A DNA stretch of 64,000 bases from an uncultured Clostridia bacterium (GTDB lineage Bacteria > Bacillota > Clostridia > Christensenellales > UBA3700). Positions 61,331-64,000 of the stretch are shown here, piece by piece; within the stretch, counting starts at the first letter, position 1; each line of letters begins with the position of its first letter. Made by a program: the position numbers and the translations under genes. The stretch is from positions 85,183 to 149,182 of the forward strand of contig CAMQWP010000003.1 of the NCBI GenBank assembly GCA_947038565.1, given 5' to 3'. The notes beneath the pieces are model-generated. The model had not been told where the DNA came from. It searched no databases and saw only the letters and a program-made list of their open reading frames with translations.

Positions 61331-64000
61331 TTACTCATTATCTGAGTCTAAATCGATGTCTAGGACATCACTAACCTCAACGTCTTTATCCTCATCGGCA
61401 GTACCGATTTCGAAGATATCACTAGTTGAATTGCTATCATCGCTAGAACCGATGTCGAATAAATCTCCACCATCGAAGCTAGAATCATCATCACTTTCAA
61501 CATCCATGCTAAAACCGAAGATATCCTCATCGGTAGCATCGTCGCCGATAGCACTGAAGTCATCAGAAACATCTGAACCGAAGATATCAAGACCATCACC
61601 ATCATCAGTGAAACCAAGAGAAATCTCTTTAAGCTCACGAGAATCAGTCTCTTGACGAGCATTAAGTTTAGCACTGTAAGTATCTAGGCTGATCTCATCG
61701 CCATTCTCATTAAGAGCACGTACGTCAAGACATAATGACCTAAACTCACGGATAAGAACCTTAAATGACTCAGGAATACCTGGCTCACAGATAGGATTAC
61801 CGCTAACGATAGCGTTATAGATATTAGTACGACCTTCAACGTCATCCGACTTAACAGTCAAGATTTCTTGAAGGATACGAGATGCACCATAAGCCTCAAG
61901 AGCCCATACCTCCATCTCTCCGAATCTCTGTCCGCCAAATTGGGCTTTTCCGCCTAACGGCTGTTGAGTAATTAGCGAGTATGAACCAGTAGCACGGGCA
62001 TGGATCTTATCATCAACTAGATGGATAAGTTTAAGCATGTACATGTAACCTACTGTTACGCGGTTTTCGAATTCTTCACCAGTTCTACCATCGCAAAGCT
62101 GGATTTTACCGTCTTGATCAAGGTTGTTCTCGATAAGAAGCTCTTTGATATCATGCTCTGAAGCACCATCAAATACAGGAGTCTCAATCTTCCAGCCTAG
62201 TAATTTTGATACATAACCTAGATGCACCTCAAGTACCTGACCGATATTCATACGTGATGGAACGCCTAGAGGGTTTAAAACGATTTGAAGAGGAGTACCA
62301 TCAGCCATGAAAGGCATGTCTTCTTTTGGTAAAACTCTAGAAACTACACCCTTATTACCATGACGACCAGCCATCTTATCACCAACGCCTAGCTTACGTT
62401 TTTGAGCAACGTAAACAACGACTTTCATCTTAACGCCTGGAGATAACTCATCTTTATTAGCACGAGTAAAGACTTTAACGTCTACAACAACACCGTGTTG
62501 ACCATTATCAAGTCTAAGAGAAGTATCACGAACATCACGAGATTTCTCGCCGAACATAGCTCTAAGCAATCTTTCCTCTGGAGTAGGATCAGCCTCGCCC
62601 TTAGGAGTAACTTTACCTACAAGGATATCTTGGCTACGAACCTCACTACCGACTTGAATGATACCATCCTCATCTAAGTTTTTAACCATATCATCACTAA
62701 GGTTAGGGATATCACGAGTGATAACCTCAGCACCTAGTCTGCTATCACGAGACTCTATAACGTACTCTTCTATATGGATAGAAGTAAATATATCGTCTTT
62801 AACAAGATCTTCACTGATAAGAATCGCATCCTCGTAGTTATAACCTTCCCATGACATGAAGCCAATAAGAATATTCTTACCTAGAGCAAGCTCACCATTA
62901 GAAGTAGCTGGACCATCAGCGATGATCTCACCACGGCTAACACGTTGACCGTGCTTTACGATAGGACGTTGGTTTACACAAGTACTTTGGTTTGATCTCT
63001 CAAACTTACGCATAACGAACTCGTCGCATACGCCGTCATCACCAGTAACGATGATTTTATTACCATCGATATAAGTAACTTCACCATCACGCTTAGATAC
63101 ATGACAAGCGCCACTATCTAAAGCTATACGATGCTCGATACCAGTACCGATAATAGGAGAATCAGTTTTGATTAGAGGCACAGCCTGCCTCTGCATGTTA
63201 GAACCCATCAGTGCACGAGAAGTATCGTCATTCTCTAGGAATGGAATAAGTGCTGCGGCTACTGAAACTAACTGCTTAGGACTTACGTCAAGATAATCAA
63301 CTCTAGAACTCTCAGTCTCACGGATATCCTCACGGATACGACAAACTGTACGATTACTAGTAAAAGAACCGTCTTCATTTAGAGGTACACTTGCTTGAGC
63401 GACAACATACTTATCCTCTTCATCAGCCTGTAAGTAATGAACTTCATTAGTTACGATATGCTTATCAGGATTAGACTTGTCCACTTTGCGGTAAGGAGCC
63501 TCGATAAAACCGTACTCATTAACGCGAGCAAAAGTAGCAAGAGAAGATATTAGACCGATGTTCTGACCCTCGGGAGTCTCTATCGGACACATTCTACCGT
63601 AGTGAGAGTGATGTACGTCACGAACTTCGAAACCAGCACACTCTCTGTTAAGACCACCGGGTCCAAGGGCTGAAAGTCTTCTCTTATGAGCAAGCTCAGC
63701 GATAGGATTATGATGATCCATGAACTGTGAAAGCTGAGAAGAACAGAAGAACTCCTTAATAACGCTTGTCACAGGTTTGATATTAATATATGATTGAGCA
63801 GTTTGCTCACCGTCGTCTTGAGTAACACTCATACGCTCTTTAATAACCTTATCAAGTCTAACTAGACCGATACGAAGTTGGTTCCTAAGAAGCTCGCCGA
63901 CAGCACGAACACGTCTATTAGCTAAGTGATCGATATTATCGATAGTACCGAAGCCAGAAGTGTGAGAAAGGCTGTAGTTCATTGTCGCGATAACGTCATC
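61331..64000 (-). CDS. rpoB: DNA-directed RNA polymerase beta subunit, 3' ~890 codons (5' end outside window), with a long acidic tail
   Basis: The frame stays open to base 64000. It has …[15 protein letters not shown]… and …[15 protein letters not shown]… motifs, and sits 14 nt upstream of rpoC. Confidence 0.97.
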   Translation of the reverse strand, partial: DDVIATMNYSLSHTSGFGTIDNIDHLANRRVRAVGELLRNQLRIGLVRLDKVIKERMSVTQDDGEQTAQSYINIKPVTSVIKEFFCSSQLSQFMDHHNPIAELAHKRRLSALGPGGLNRECAGFEVRDVHHSHYGRMCPIETPEGQNIGLISSLATFARVNEYGFIEAPYRKVDKSNPDKHIVTNEVHYLQADEEDKYVVAQASVPLNEDGSFTSNRTVCRIREDIRETESSRVDYLDVSPKQLVSVAAALIPFLENDDTSRALMGSNMQRQAVPLIKTDSPIIGTGIEHRIALDSGACHVSKRDGEVTYIDGNKIIVTGDDGVCDEFVMRKFERSNQSTCVNQRPIVKHGQRVSRGEIIADGPATSNGELALGKNILIGFMSWEGYNYEDAILISEDLVKDDIFTSIHIEEYVIESRDSRLGAEVITRDIPNLSDDMVKNLDEDGIIQVGSEVRSQDILVGKVTPKGEADPTPEERLLRAMFGEKSRDVRDTSLRLDNGQHGVVVDVKVFTRANKDELSPGVKMKVVVYVAQKRKLGVGDKMAGRHGNKGVVSRVLPKEDMPFMADGTPLQIVLNPLGVPSRMNIGQVLEVHLGYVSKLLGWKIETPVFDGASEHDIKELLIENNLDQDGKIQLCDGRTGEEFENRVTVGYMYMLKLIHLVDDKIHARATGSYSLITQQPLGGKAQFGGQRFGEMEVWALEAYGASRILQEILTVKSDDVEGRTNIYNAIVSGNPICEPGIPESFKVLIREFRSLCLDVRALNENGDEISLDTYSAKLNARQETDSRELKEISLGFTDDGDGLDIFGSDVSDDFSAIGDDATDEDIFGFSMDVESDDDSSFDGGDLFDIGSSDDSNSTSDIFEIGTADEDKDVEVSDVLDIDLDSDNE

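Noticed and set aside
61356-61674. 99-aa (+) and 104-aa (-, alternate frame) ORFs inside the rpoB tail region
   Set aside because: They are by-products of the GAT/GAA-rich low-complexity sequence encoding the acidic tail. The rpoB frame is continuous with the conserved part of the protein.

Overview
64-kb chromosomal window from a low-GC Gram-positive (Firmicutes/Clostridia-like) bacterium. This is judged only from gene content and synteny read by eye from the translations; no searches were run. It holds about 50 protein genes, one tRNA and one riboswitch, and almost everything after 5.8 kb is on the minus strand.

Content in order:
- ilvN 3' fragment and an orphan trpB behind a long leader
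- a 3-gene envelope glycosylation module
- a complete 9-gene V-type ATPase operon directly downstream of a tsaC / LMW phosphatase / rpiB block
- a membrane-anchored, very basic tandem-repeat protein
- a 4-subunit 2-oxoacid:ferredoxin oxidoreductase
- two putative glycosidases, tRNA-Asn and an aminotransferase
- der-DUF512 with three peptidase-type genes
- an XRE-led operon plus a kinase-fold gene, and a DUF1540 gene
- putP, then hxlR/nitroreductase
- L7Ae-rpsL-rpsG-fusA-tuf
- tsaD-prfB-secA-comFC-recD2-metK (SAM-I riboswitch)
- rpoC and the 3' two-thirds of rpoB

No transposase, integrase, CRISPR or recognisable defence genes were seen.

The least explained sequence is non-coding:
1. A 1.9-kb gene-free island (36.1-38.0 kb) contains a 57-bp x 6.2 tandem array and dispersed related modules.
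2. A ~0.95-kb gene-free region (46.15-47.1 kb) holds a duplicated structured element. It has an SD-led small ORF, one compensatory helix change between copies, a 130-nt symmetric hairpin overlapping the tsaD stop, and an orphan minus-strand terminator.

Other points of interest:
- acidic D-x-F repeat tails on both RNAP large subunits
- a duplicated ntpD 3' end with GNRA-capped hairpins
- a 33-bp palindrome encoding consensus promoters on both strands
- a possible Trp-responsive leader

All functional calls are motif/synteny recognition and should be confirmed by homology search.
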